A stretch of DNA of 64,000 nt, from positions 24,725 through 88,724 of the IMG/VR virus record IMGVR_UViG_3300036790_000261; one strand, given 5' to 3'. The notes beneath the pieces are model-generated. The model was not told the origin of the DNA. It saw only the letters and a program-made list of their open reading frames with translations, and did not search any database. The stretch is from a virus (taxonomy: Duplodnaviria; Heunggongvirae; Uroviricota; Caudoviricetes). How positions within the stretch are numbered: the first letter of the stretch is position 1; every line of letters begins with the position of its first letter. Position numbers and translations under genes: made by a program. Below are positions 9,938-18,249 of the stretch, one piece after another.

Positions 9938-10207
9938 ATGCGGGGGGACGAAGTGATCTGCAAGAGCTGCCGGGACGCTGCGGCGCTGCTGCCTGAGGAA
10001 GAAGTTATCTACCAGCACCTTGACGGACGGCCGCAGGAAATGCTGAGCGGTCCCGAAGCGGCCCGGAAGATGCACGCCCAGTGCCCCGAGGTCGTCCGCA
10101 GGCAGGCCGGGAACCTGACCGCCGTCGAGCTTGTCGGGTCACCCTGGTGTGAGTGCCAACATATCGTCCCTGTTCTCCGGCCTGCGCTGGCGCCTACACT
10201 TAAATAG
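9938..10207 (+). CDS. small Cys-containing hypothetical protein
   Basis: ATG ORF with good GC3. Confidence 0.3.
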   Translation: MRGDEVICKSCRDAAALLPEEEVIYQHLDGRPQEMLSGPEAARKMHAQCPEVVRRQAGNLTAVELVGSPWCECQHIVPVLRPALAPTLK

Positions 10208-10260
10208 CAGCAGCCGTGGCCTGATCGCCCCAGGAGCCGGACCAGTCTCATTTTGAGAGG
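10207..10260 (+). promoter_or_regulatory. conserved upstream element copy 1 (GCAGCAGCCGYGGCC...GGAGCCGGMCAGT..TCATT..AGAGG)
   Basis: ~54-nt motif ending 9 nt before ATG of major tail protein; second copy at 12187-12233. Confidence 0.4.
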
Positions 10261-10269
10261 GTTCCGCTT

Positions 10270-10722
10270 ATGGGCCGTATCCATGGCCGTAACGGCATGG
10301 TGTACATGTCGATCCTGTCGACCGGCGCCGCGCAGCCGCTGGCGTTCGTTAGCGACTGGACGATGAACTTCACGGTCGCGAAGGTCGACGTCACTGCGCT
10401 CGGCGACACCAACCTCGTCTGGGTCGCGGGCCTGCCCGACGCCTCCGGTGACTTCACCGGCTTCATGGACACGGCGACCAGCCAGACCTACCAGTCGGCC
10501 GTCGACGGCCAGCCACGCAACTTCTACCTGTACCCGACACTGGTTGCCGTCAACGGCGGCCCTGGCAACTCGACGGTCAGTCCCGGCCAGTACTTCTACG
10601 GAACCATCCTTCCTGACTTCAGCGTGTCCGGTGGCGTTGCCGCTGCCGTCACGATGAAGTCGACGTGGAACGCCGCGTCTACCGTGGCGCGGTACCCGGC
10701 TAACGGCGTTCCCGGCACGTGA
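10270..10722 (+). CDS. major tail (tube) protein
   Basis: WTMNFTVAKVDVTALGD ... DASGDFTGFMDT ... NFYLYP pattern typical of siphovirus major tail proteins; sits upstream of chaperone pair and tape measure. Confidence 0.6.
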   Translation: MGRIHGRNGMVYMSILSTGAAQPLAFVSDWTMNFTVAKVDVTALGDTNLVWVAGLPDASGDFTGFMDTATSQTYQSAVDGQPRNFYLYPTLVAVNGGPGNSTVSPGQYFYGTILPDFSVSGGVAAAVTMKSTWNAASTVARYPANGVPGT

Positions 10723-10827
10723 CATTAGGACGGCCGCTTTCCAGGCAACGGAAAGCGGCCGTCTGCCGGTCACCTCATGTAGGGCGCCCTCGACAGCTCT
10801 GACCCTATATGAGACAGGACTAAACCC

Positions 10828-11328
10828 ATGCCCCCACGCAAGACCCGCCAGGTGGCGCCCGTTACTGACGCGGAAATCGCAGACACTGCGGAAACCCTCA
10901 ACCCAGCCGTGCCGCAGGACACGGTGCCTGAGGCGTTTAAGCCGAAGCGCGCCCGTGCTGCCCGCCGGGTTCAGTCGGCGACCGGTGACCCGAAGGTCCG
11001 GCTGCCTGAGGGCAAGCGCGCCGTCGAGGTCGCGGACGGGGTGCTGACGGCGGCGATCGCCGGGCGCAGCTTCCGGCTGACGGAGACGGTTGGCCTGATG
11101 CCGCTGATGGAGTGGGTCGCGGCGTCCGAAGGGGTCGACACCAGCAACGTGCCGACGATGCTCAGCTTCTACCGCGTGCTGCAGGACCTGGTGCATGAAG
11201 ACGACTGGGTGGCGTTCCGGGGGCACACCCGCGAGCAGAAGTGCGACGACACGGAGCTCATGGCGTTCCAGGCAGCGGCTATGGAAGCGCTCGCCGCGCG
11301 CCCTACCAGGCGGCCCGCAACCTCCTGA
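10828..11328 (+). CDS. tail assembly chaperone (G-like)
   Basis: Position between major tail protein and tape measure; acidic C-terminus. Confidence 0.55.
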   Translation: MPPRKTRQVAPVTDAEIADTAETLNPAVPQDTVPEAFKPKRARAARRVQSATGDPKVRLPEGKRAVEVADGVLTAAIAGRSFRLTETVGLMPLMEWVAASEGVDTSNVPTMLSFYRVLQDLVHEDDWVAFRGHTREQKCDDTELMAFQAAAMEALAARPTRRPATS

Positions 11329-11798
11329 GGTGGCTGCTCGGGCACTGGGCGAAGGTGAACGGCGACTTCCTGCGGGCTAGCGGGCACGGGCTAGAGGAGC
11401 TGGACGTGCGGGAGATGTGCGACGCTGCCTACTCCGCGATCGTGGCGGACGTTGAACGGAACTTCTACGCCCAGGTCGCGGCCGGAGCGCAGTGGAAGGA
11501 CAGCACGGACCCGCTCGGCGACACCATTGAGCGGCTGGAGGAGCGCCTCGGGCTGCGTGAGGACCCGGAGGCGATCGCCCTGGCGATGCACAAGGCGTTC
11601 ATGCTGTCCCAGGGCAAGGAGTGGGACGAGACGCCGGTCGGGGCGGGCAGCGGGCAGTGGTGGGACCAGGATGTGGAGTTCAGCGACATGAGCGACCTCG
11701 ACCAGGAAGCGAAGCGCCGCACCGCCGCCGAAACCAACCGGGGCCTGTTCGCGAAGAACCTGAAGCCGAAGAACCTGAAGCCGAAGGAGACGCTGTGA
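11241..11798 (+). CDS. tail assembly chaperone extension (T-like), probably made by -1 frameshift from 10828 ORF
   Basis: ORF in -1 frame overlapping last 88 nt of the G-like gene; canonical G/GT synteny; slippery site not identified. Confidence 0.4.
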   Translation: MRRHGAHGVPGSGYGSARRAPYQAARNLLRWLLGHWAKVNGDFLRASGHGLEELDVREMCDAAYSAIVADVERNFYAQVAAGAQWKDSTDPLGDTIERLEERLGLREDPEAIALAMHKAFMLSQGKEWDETPVGAGSGQWWDQDVEFSDMSDLDQEAKRRTAAETNRGLFAKNLKPKNLKPKETL

Positions 11799-11810
11799 CC
11801 TGGACACGCC

Positions 11811-12170
11811 GTGGCTAACTCGGTCAAGCTCGACCCCGCCGCGATCGAGGACCTGCTGAACTCCCCCGACGGGCCGGTGGGCCTAGTGATCGAGGAGCTG
11901 TCGGAGAAGGCCGCTGACATCGCCAAGATCCTCGTCCCGGTGATGAAGCGGCGCAAGTGGAACCCGCTGTACCAGTACGGGCCGCCTGGGGTGACTAGCG
12001 CGAGCATCCGGGCATCCGGGTTCCGCTACAACAAGCTCGGCCAGCTGTACTCCGGGGTAAACGTGAATTACGGGCCCACGCTGTTCCTGCAGCGGCCTGC
12101 CCGGCAGATCCACAGCCCGCAGTACATGTTCATGTCCCGGGCGCTAGACATCGTCACGGCCCTGGGATAA
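11811..12170 (+). CDS. hypothetical protein
   Basis: ATG ORF, good GC3. Confidence 0.4.
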   Translation: MANSVKLDPAAIEDLLNSPDGPVGLVIEELSEKAADIAKILVPVMKRRKWNPLYQYGPPGVTSASIRASGFRYNKLGQLYSGVNVNYGPTLFLQRPARQIHSPQYMFMSRALDIVTALG

Positions 12171-12186
12171 CACCGTAGAGTTATCG

Positions 12187-12233
12187 CAGCAGCCGCGGCC
12201 CGTCACCGGGAGCCGGCCAGTTCATTCAGAGGA
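12187..12233 (+). promoter_or_regulatory. conserved upstream element copy 2
   Basis: Aligns with 10207-10260; overlapped by 3' end of minus-strand HNH gene. Confidence 0.35.
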
Positions 12234-12767
12234 AGGGGGCAGGTGGCCCGGCTGCGCACGGCGCTTGTTTGCCTGCTGTTCCTTCCGCGTCGCCCAGCGC
12301 ACGTTACCCGGCTCGTAGTTCCCGTCGTTGTTGACCCGGTCCAAGGTCAGCTTCGGGTCCGGCTTCAGCCCGATCAACTGCTCGATCTCTGCGGCGAAGG
12401 TTCCGAAGTACCGCCACGCCAAGCAAACAGTGATGCCCCTGCCGCCGTAGTTCCGGTAGGCCAGCTGCTTCGGGTTGAAGCAGCGGTTCATCATGCCCGA
12501 CCAGGTTACGTACAGCGGGTGCGTACGCGTCAGGCCGTGCGTGGTCTTGTCCCGCTTGTTCGCTTCTGCCGTTCGAATGCCGTTGGCAACAGCCTGCGCG
12601 CGAACACGCGCTTGCTCTTCCGGGCGCTGTCGAGCCGCCTTGACCGCTGCGCGCTGAGTGCACCAGCACACCTGCGTGCTCCCCTTGAGGAGCTGCGTGA
12701 TCAGGGTTTCGTAAACGTTTCCGCAGTCGCAGAGCATGCGGGCGTAGCGCTTACGGTTTCGCCTCAC
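12222..12767 (-). CDS. HNH homing endonuclease
   Basis: Close paralog of 29233 gene (HPLYVTWSGMMNRCFNP...YRNYGGRGITVC...DRVNNDGNYEPGNVRWATRKEQ); opposite strand to surrounding late genes. Confidence 0.75.
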   Translation of the reverse strand: MRRNRKRYARMLCDCGNVYETLITQLLKGSTQVCWCTQRAAVKAARQRPEEQARVRAQAVANGIRTAEANKRDKTTHGLTRTHPLYVTWSGMMNRCFNPKQLAYRNYGGRGITVCLAWRYFGTFAAEIEQLIGLKPDPKLTLDRVNNDGNYEPGNVRWATRKEQQANKRRAQPGHLPPSSE

Positions 12768-13116
12768 CTCCGGCTCAACAACGACAGCTGGGCCGAAGCG
12801 CTGGCCTGTACTGACAGTCTGCGTCTCCGTGTCCCCTCTTACCGTATTTCGTCGCCTATCGTACGCGACGACCGAGGCGCTCAGCGCACGGGAGGGGGGT
12901 GGTAGGGCGTGGCTAGGTTGATTGGCGACGCATATTTAAATAGTCATCTATCCGCAGACCGACCAGTTCGGCCCGCAGCTAGAGGCCGCCGTCGGCAAGT
13001 GGACGAAGTCGCTGCGGCCGAACGTCAACGTCACCCCGCAGCTGGACAAGTCCGGCATCGCTAAGATCGAGGCTGACCTCAAGGCCGCGAAGGCGAACAT
13101 TGACGCCTACGTCACC

Positions 13117-16100
13117 TTGTCGGCTGCGTCAGAGGCAAAGGTCCAGGCTCAGCTGGACGCCTTGCACACGAACTTCACCCTCGGCACGAAGATTGACCCG
13201 GTAACGCTCGCCGCAGACAAGGCGAGCCTTCAGGCGTACCTCGACCGGAACATCGTTGCAGCCCCGATCAAGACAGCGCTTGACCCGGCATCGCTCGCGG
13301 CGTCGAAGGCAAGCATCGAAGCCTACATGTCCGGGATACCAGCCGGCCTGGACTTCAAGCTTGACCCGGTGAAGCTCCTCGGGGTCAAGGCGGGTATCGA
13401 CCGGTTCCTGTCTTCGAACACGGTGACCATTCCGGTTCAGGCCAATACCACCCAGGCAGTCAGCCGGCTAGAAGGCCTGGAAGCGGACACCTCCGTCCTG
13501 CAGACCCGGCTGATGAACCTGCGGGCAGAAGTGAACGACGTCGGCGCTGAGGCGAAGATCGCCGCGCTGCAGGTGCAGGCCGCCGCGTTCGCCAAGACCC
13601 TGGCCGGCGCCGGAAAGGGCGCGGACTTCGAGCCGCTGGAAGCCTCGCTGCTCGGCATGCAGTCTTCGTACGCGAAGCTGATCGCCGCCCAGGAGGCCGA
13701 GGACGAGGAGATCAAGCGGCAGACCGGTTTCTTCGGGGCGCTCGGGCTAGCCGGGCCCGGCTCGCTGATCCACATCACCGACATCCTGAACGCTTCCCTA
13801 CCCGCGGTGAAGCTGTTCGGCGGCGCGATCGGTGACATGTACGCGACGATCCGCGGCGGCGACGCCGAGCTGCCGACGGTCGCTAACCACCTGTTCAACC
13901 TTGCCAGCTCCGCGCACCTGACCGCTGAGGCGGCGATCGAGTTCACCGCGATCTGGGCTCCGGCAATTATCGCGGTGACCGCGTTCGGCCTGGCCGCTAC
14001 CCCGACGGTCATCACCATCGGCAAGCAGCTGCAGAACATGAACACCGCGGCCAAGGGCACCGGCCAGGCGTTCGCGTCCCTGGCGACCCAGGGGGAGCAC
14101 GTCACCGCGGCGGTTAAGCCAGCCGTGCTGGAACTGTTCGGTGAGGGGCTTGAGGCCCTGAAGAACGACTCGGGCACGCTAGGGCCGATCCTGGCTGCCC
14201 TGGGCAGCGGGTTCGACCGGCTGGGCGCGCAGGCAGTTGTCGCATTCGGCAGCGGCGGGTCCGGTGGCATCTTCAAGTCCGGCAGCGCCGACGCACTGGC
14301 CCTGGCTAACTCGTTTACCGCGCTCGGGTCAATCGCGGGGACGTTTTTCAAGCTGGTCCCCGGGTACGCCGAGATCCTGCTCGGCTTCGGCAATGACGTA
14401 TTGGGTGCTTCGGCAGACGTGCTCAAGTTCGTCGAGCCGGTACTGAAAATCGGCGTCGCCCTGCACGGCGCCATCTTCTACGGCGGCCTGTTCGGCACCG
14501 CTGTTGGCGCAGGACTTAACAAGCTTGTCCCGGTTGCCGCGAGCGTAGCCGGGGGCATCGCTAACCTAGCCGGGAAGTTCGAGCTTCTCGGCGGCGAGTC
14601 CGGCAAGCTGGCAACCGGCGCGGCTGATGCGGCAACCGCCCTTGACGGTATCGCCGGCGGCCCGGTCATCGTCGGCCTGGCGCTGCTAGCTGGCGCGGTC
14701 GCGGCTGTCGTGCTTTACATGAAGGCGGCTAGCGACTCGGCGGCGGCATTCAACAAGTCGATTCAGTCGACGGTGCAGTCAGCGAGCGTGCTGAACCTGC
14801 AGAAAGCGATTACGACCGGGCTGACTGAGACTACGGTCCAGTACACGGCTGCGCTGAAAAACGTCGCGCAGGCAAACAACACAGCAGCTGCCTCCGCCGG
14901 GAGCGTTCAGTTCCGGTACTCAGGCGTAACCACCGCGCAGCAGGCGGCTACCACGGCAGCCGGCGAGTACCAGGGCGCGCTGAGCCAGCTGACCACCCAG
15001 CAGACGAACGTTAACAGCAACCTCCAGGCGCTAGCCGACACTTTTCACACGACGCTCCCCGGCGCACTCGCCATCGCCAACGGCGCGCAGATTACCAGCA
15101 ACCAGCTCATGGGCTCCGGTGCGCAGAACATCGCCACCATCAAGGCGCAAGCGGTAGGTTACGCCGATCAGCTGGCCGTGATGACCGCAGGCACCGGCAC
15201 GCTGAACCAGGCGCTGAACGCGCTGAGCGTCACCCAGTCGGCACAGGTTACTGACGCGCAGAAGCTTGCCCAGGCGTACGCGTCGTGGATCGGGATCGTC
15301 ACCGGCGGGGACAGCGCGTTCACCTCGTTCGAGCAGTCGCAGCAGACCCTGGTAGACACGCTCGGCGGCAAGGTAACGCCCGCTGTCGTCACGGCGACGA
15401 CTGCCTCGACTAGGGCCGGGCAGTCCATCACCGCCCTGGGCGGGACCAGTTCGACGGCGAGCTCGTCGCTGACCAAGCTAGCCAAGGGCGGCAGCGACGT
15501 CACCACCTCGCTGTCGAACACGGCCAAGGGCGGCCAGGACGTCACTAATTCGCTGGACACCACGACGAGTGCGACGACGAAGGCCGCCAGCGCTGCGGAC
15601 ACCCTGTCGGTCAAGGTCGGGAACATCACCGAGAAGTTCGACCTGGCCGGCGCGGCGATGAACGGCACGTCGGTTGCGTCACTAGCCGCCCGGCAGGCGT
15701 TTGACCAGCAGATCGTGTCGGCAACCAGCCTGTACGGCGCCTTGCAGACCATGGCGGCGGCTAGCGGGAATAACGCGACCGCGCAAGTAGCGCTAGCTAA
15801 GTCTGGCAAGGACCTGGTCGCGCAGATGCTGCCGCTAGCTGCTGGCAGCAAGGAGGCGACGGCTGAGGTTTACGCCCTGGCGCAGATCGCCGGGTACGCC
15901 GGCCCGGACAGCTTCCAGAAGCTCGCCCAGTGGGTCGGCAATACTTCGAACGCCGAGTCTGACCTCAACACGCAGCAGACGATCCTTACGCTGAGCACGG
16001 CAAACCTGACCGCGGCGGCGAAGAACCTGGCAACGGCGGTCAGCCAGGAGATCACTCAGGCTGAAGCAGCGGCGATCGCCAAGACCGAGGACTTCAGCAA

Positions 16101-17997
16101 CACCACCCTGAAGCTAGCGCAGGCGTTCCAGGCTAGCGATGACTCGGCGAACTCCGCGGTGACCACTCTGTCCGGCACGTTTTACTCGTCGCTGATCAAG
16201 GCCGGAGATCAGACCAAGGACGCCACGCAGCAGGTAAACGCGTTCCTTAGCCAGCTCGGCGCGTCGCCTGAGGTGATCTCCCAGGTAGACGCCAGCCTGG
16301 CCAAGCTGCCGGACGGCACCCAGCAGGCTGTCAACGCGATGAAGAGCCTGAACGACGCGTCCCAGGCGAATCTAGCCACCCTGCGGTCGATCCCTGGGAC
16401 GCTCGCTACTAACACAGCTAGCTACAACGAGCTGTTCAACGCGATCGTCAAGGAAGACCAGGGGCTCGTCAACAACACCAGCCAGGCGGACACGACGAAG
16501 GCGGCGTTCATCGCATTCGCCGAGCAGGGCCTGAACCTGACCTCGTCGGCGGCGGCGAAACTGTGGGCGACGCAGAACGCGCAGAACCTGGTCGCGACCG
16601 CGTCCAAGGCGAGCACCACGGAGAACGCGTTCATCGCCATGGCCAAGAGCGGCCTGAACCTGTCGACGTCGTCGGCGCAGACCCTGTGGAACACGCTGCG
16701 GCTGCAGTACCTGGACACCCTGGTCACCAAGGGCAAGGGAGCGGAGAGCCAGTTCATCGCCCTCGCCAAGAGCGGCCTCGACCTGACCACGTCATCCGCC
16801 ACGCAGCTGTGGAACACCCTCAAGCAGCAGTACCTGGACACCCTGGCGTCCAAGTCGACTGAGACCGAGAAGTCGTTCGAGGCGACGGCTAAGCAACTCG
16901 GGCTAACGAAGACCGCTGCTGACCAGCTGTGGACTTCGATGCACACACTTGCCGCGGGCAGCCCGTACAGCGCGAACGTCAACGCGACGATCAGCGCGAC
17001 GGGTGAGGTCCAGGCCATCGAGTCGTCTGGCGCCGCGGCGAACATCGTCAACGCGGCACTCGGGGACCTGCACTTTTCCGCAGCGGGCGGTACGGTGCCC
17101 GGCGGAGTTCACGGGCAGGACTCGGTGCACGCCGTTCTCGCTCCCGGTGAGCTGGTCATCCCGAGCCAGCACGCGCCCAAGTTCGCCGACATGGCCCGTA
17201 AGGCGAGCATCCCCGGGTTCGCGGCCGGCGGTACCGTCGCGGCGGGTATTGACGCGATCGTGCCGACCTCGGTCAAGGACACCGGGCAGTTCGCGACGAG
17301 CACGATCGCGGCTTTCGTGAAGAACGTGCAGGGCGCGATGACTGCCCTGCTGGCCGCTCCGGGGAACACCCTCGCGTACGAGCCCGTCGTCCTGAACGTC
17401 ATGAAGATGCTGGACATCCCGCTGACCGACCTGTCCGCGATCATGCAGCAGATGGCGACAGAGTCCGGGGGTAACCCGCTGGCGGTCAACAACTCGGACA
17501 GCAACGCGGCGGCAGGCACCCCGTCCACCGGCCTTTTCCAGGTGATCGCCCCGACGTTCGACGCGTTTGCCGGGCCGTTCCGCAACACGGGGCCGTTCCT
17601 GAACGGCGTGTCAGTTAACCCGACCGCCAACACGTACGCAGGCTTGAACTACGCGATTCACCGCTATGGCATCGGCAACCTGACCAGCGTCCTCGGCCAG
17701 GGGCACGGCTACTCGTCGGGCGGGATGGTGAACGAGCCTGTCCTCGGGGTGGGCCTGAACTCGGGAACGCCCTACAGCTTTGCCGAGCGGGGCAGTGAGT
17801 ACGTCGGGCCGATCAGCGGCAACGGAACCTCGAACTCCGGGCTGCCCGGGATGTCGTCGTACCAGGCGAGCACGCTGATCAGCCTCATGCAGCAGCAGAA
17901 CAAGCTCCTCGCGCAGATGCCGTACAGCCAGGCGCAGGCAATCAACCAGGCGAACGCGACCGGGGTCAGAAGGGGGTATTTCGCGACAAGCGGCTGA
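13117..17997 (+). CDS. tape measure protein with C-terminal SLT lytic transglycosylase motif (5' end likely upstream, frame open back to 12940)
   Basis: 1626-aa repeat-rich alpha-helical protein; ESGGNPLAVNNSD...GLFQVI SLT motif; first canonical start is TTG 13117 but repeats continue upstream. Confidence 0.8.
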   Translation: MSAASEAKVQAQLDALHTNFTLGTKIDPVTLAADKASLQAYLDRNIVAAPIKTALDPASLAASKASIEAYMSGIPAGLDFKLDPVKLLGVKAGIDRFLSSNTVTIPVQANTTQAVSRLEGLEADTSVLQTRLMNLRAEVNDVGAEAKIAALQVQAAAFAKTLAGAGKGADFEPLEASLLGMQSSYAKLIAAQEAEDEEIKRQTGFFGALGLAGPGSLIHITDILNASLPAVKLFGGAIGDMYATIRGGDAELPTVANHLFNLASSAHLTAEAAIEFTAIWAPAIIAVTAFGLAATPTVITIGKQLQNMNTAAKGTGQAFASLATQGEHVTAAVKPAVLELFGEGLEALKNDSGTLGPILAALGSGFDRLGAQAVVAFGSGGSGGIFKSGSADALALANSFTALGSIAGTFFKLVPGYAEILLGFGNDVLGASADVLKFVEPVLKIGVALHGAIFYGGLFGTAVGAGLNKLVPVAASVAGGIANLAGKFELLGGESGKLATGAADAATALDGIAGGPVIVGLALLAGAVAAVVLYMKAASDSAAAFNKSIQSTVQSASVLNLQKAITTGLTETTVQYTAALKNVAQANNTAAASAGSVQFRYSGVTTAQQAATTAAGEYQGALSQLTTQQTNVNSNLQALADTFHTTLPGALAIANGAQITSNQLMGSGAQNIATIKAQAVGYADQLAVMTAGTGTLNQALNALSVTQSAQVTDAQKLAQAYASWIGIVTGGDSAFTSFEQSQQTLVDTLGGKVTPAVVTATTASTRAGQSITALGGTSSTASSSLTKLAKGGSDVTTSLSNTAKGGQDVTNSLDTTTSATTKAASAADTLSVKVGNITEKFDLAGAAMNGTSVASLAARQAFDQQIVSATSLYGALQTMAAASGNNATAQVALAKSGKDLVAQMLPLAAGSKEATAEVYALAQIAGYAGPDSFQKLAQWVGNTSNAESDLNTQQTILTLSTANLTAAAKNLATAVSQEITQAEAAAIAKTEDFSNTTLKLAQAFQASDDSANSAVTTLSGTFYSSLIKAGDQTKDATQQVNAFLSQLGASPEVISQVDASLAKLPDGTQQAVNAMKSLNDASQANLATLRSIPGTLATNTASYNELFNAIVKEDQGLVNNTSQADTTKAAFIAFAEQGLNLTSSAAAKLWATQNAQNLVATASKASTTENAFIAMAKSGLNLSTSSAQTLWNTLRLQYLDTLVTKGKGAESQFIALAKSGLDLTTSSATQLWNTLKQQYLDTLASKSTETEKSFEATAKQLGLTKTAADQLWTSMHTLAAGSPYSANVNATISATGEVQAIESSGAAANIVNAALGDLHFSAAGGTVPGGVHGQDSVHAVLAPGELVIPSQHAPKFADMARKASIPGFAAGGTVAAGIDAIVPTSVKDTGQFATSTIAAFVKNVQGAMTALLAAPGNTLAYEPVVLNVMKMLDIPLTDLSAIMQQMATESGGNPLAVNNSDSNAAAGTPSTGLFQVIAPTFDAFAGPFRNTGPFLNGVSVNPTANTYAGLNYAIHRYGIGNLTSVLGQGHGYSSGGMVNEPVLGVGLNSGTPYSFAERGSEYVGPISGNGTSNSGLPGMSSYQASTLISLMQQQNKLLAQMPYSQAQAINQANATGVRRGYFATSG

Positions 17998-18075
17998 CCC
18001 CTGCGGGCGTTGACTGTGTAGTTCTCGTAGTATCTGTGGCCCGCTGTGAGACTGTAGTATACCTATGGAAACTAA

Positions 18076-18148
18076 GCGCGTGTAGCTCAGCGGATAGAGC
18101 ACCTGCCTACGGAGCAGGGTGCCGGGGGTTCGATCCCCTCCACGCGCA
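18076..18148 (+). tRNA. tRNA-Arg (anticodon ACG)
   Basis: Acceptor GCGCGTG/CACGCGC, D-loop TAGCTCAGCGGATAGAGC, anticodon loop CTACGGA, T-arm GGGGGTTCGATCCCC. Confidence 0.85.
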
Positions 18149-18151
18149 CTC

Positions 18152-18169
18152 AACTGCCACGTGGCAGTT
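18152..18169. promoter_or_regulatory. conserved palindrome AACTGCCACGTGGCAGTT (copy 2)
   Basis: Perfect 18-bp palindrome directly after tRNA-Arg. Confidence 0.5.
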
Positions 18170-18249
18170 AGGAGACCCCTGCTATAGAGTCCTGAGCAGG
18201 AGCGCCCGGTAACGCACTGAGGTTGGCCTGAGCAGCACGGAGGACGTGC

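Noticed and set aside
10009-11226. Long minus-strand ORFs opposite the tail genes (for example 10009-11226, 23412-24644, 25221-26633, 36285-37772)
   Set aside because: Arg/Pro/Gly-rich, poor GC3 periodicity, and they lie antisense to genes with clear functional motifs. These are typical high-GC shadow ORFs.
11241-11328. Canonical XXXYYYZ slippery heptamer for the G/GT frameshift
   Set aside because: None present in the overlap; the frameshift is inferred from synteny only.
12243-12905. Plus-strand ORF (220 aa) starting at GTG right after upstream-element copy 2
   Set aside because: Arg/Ala-rich product typical of antisense translation in high-GC DNA. The opposite strand encodes a well-supported HNH endonuclease paralogous to 29233-29820.
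18005-18040. Promoter call (TTGACT ... TATCTG/TAGTAT) upstream of tRNA-Arg
   Set aside because: Spacing to a -10 hexamer is non-canonical (15 or 12 nt); too weak to assert without transcript mapping.
17611-18153. Minus-strand 180-aa ORF
   Set aside because: Overlaps tRNA-Arg and the TMP 3' end; its translation is an antisense artefact (it reads through the tRNA).
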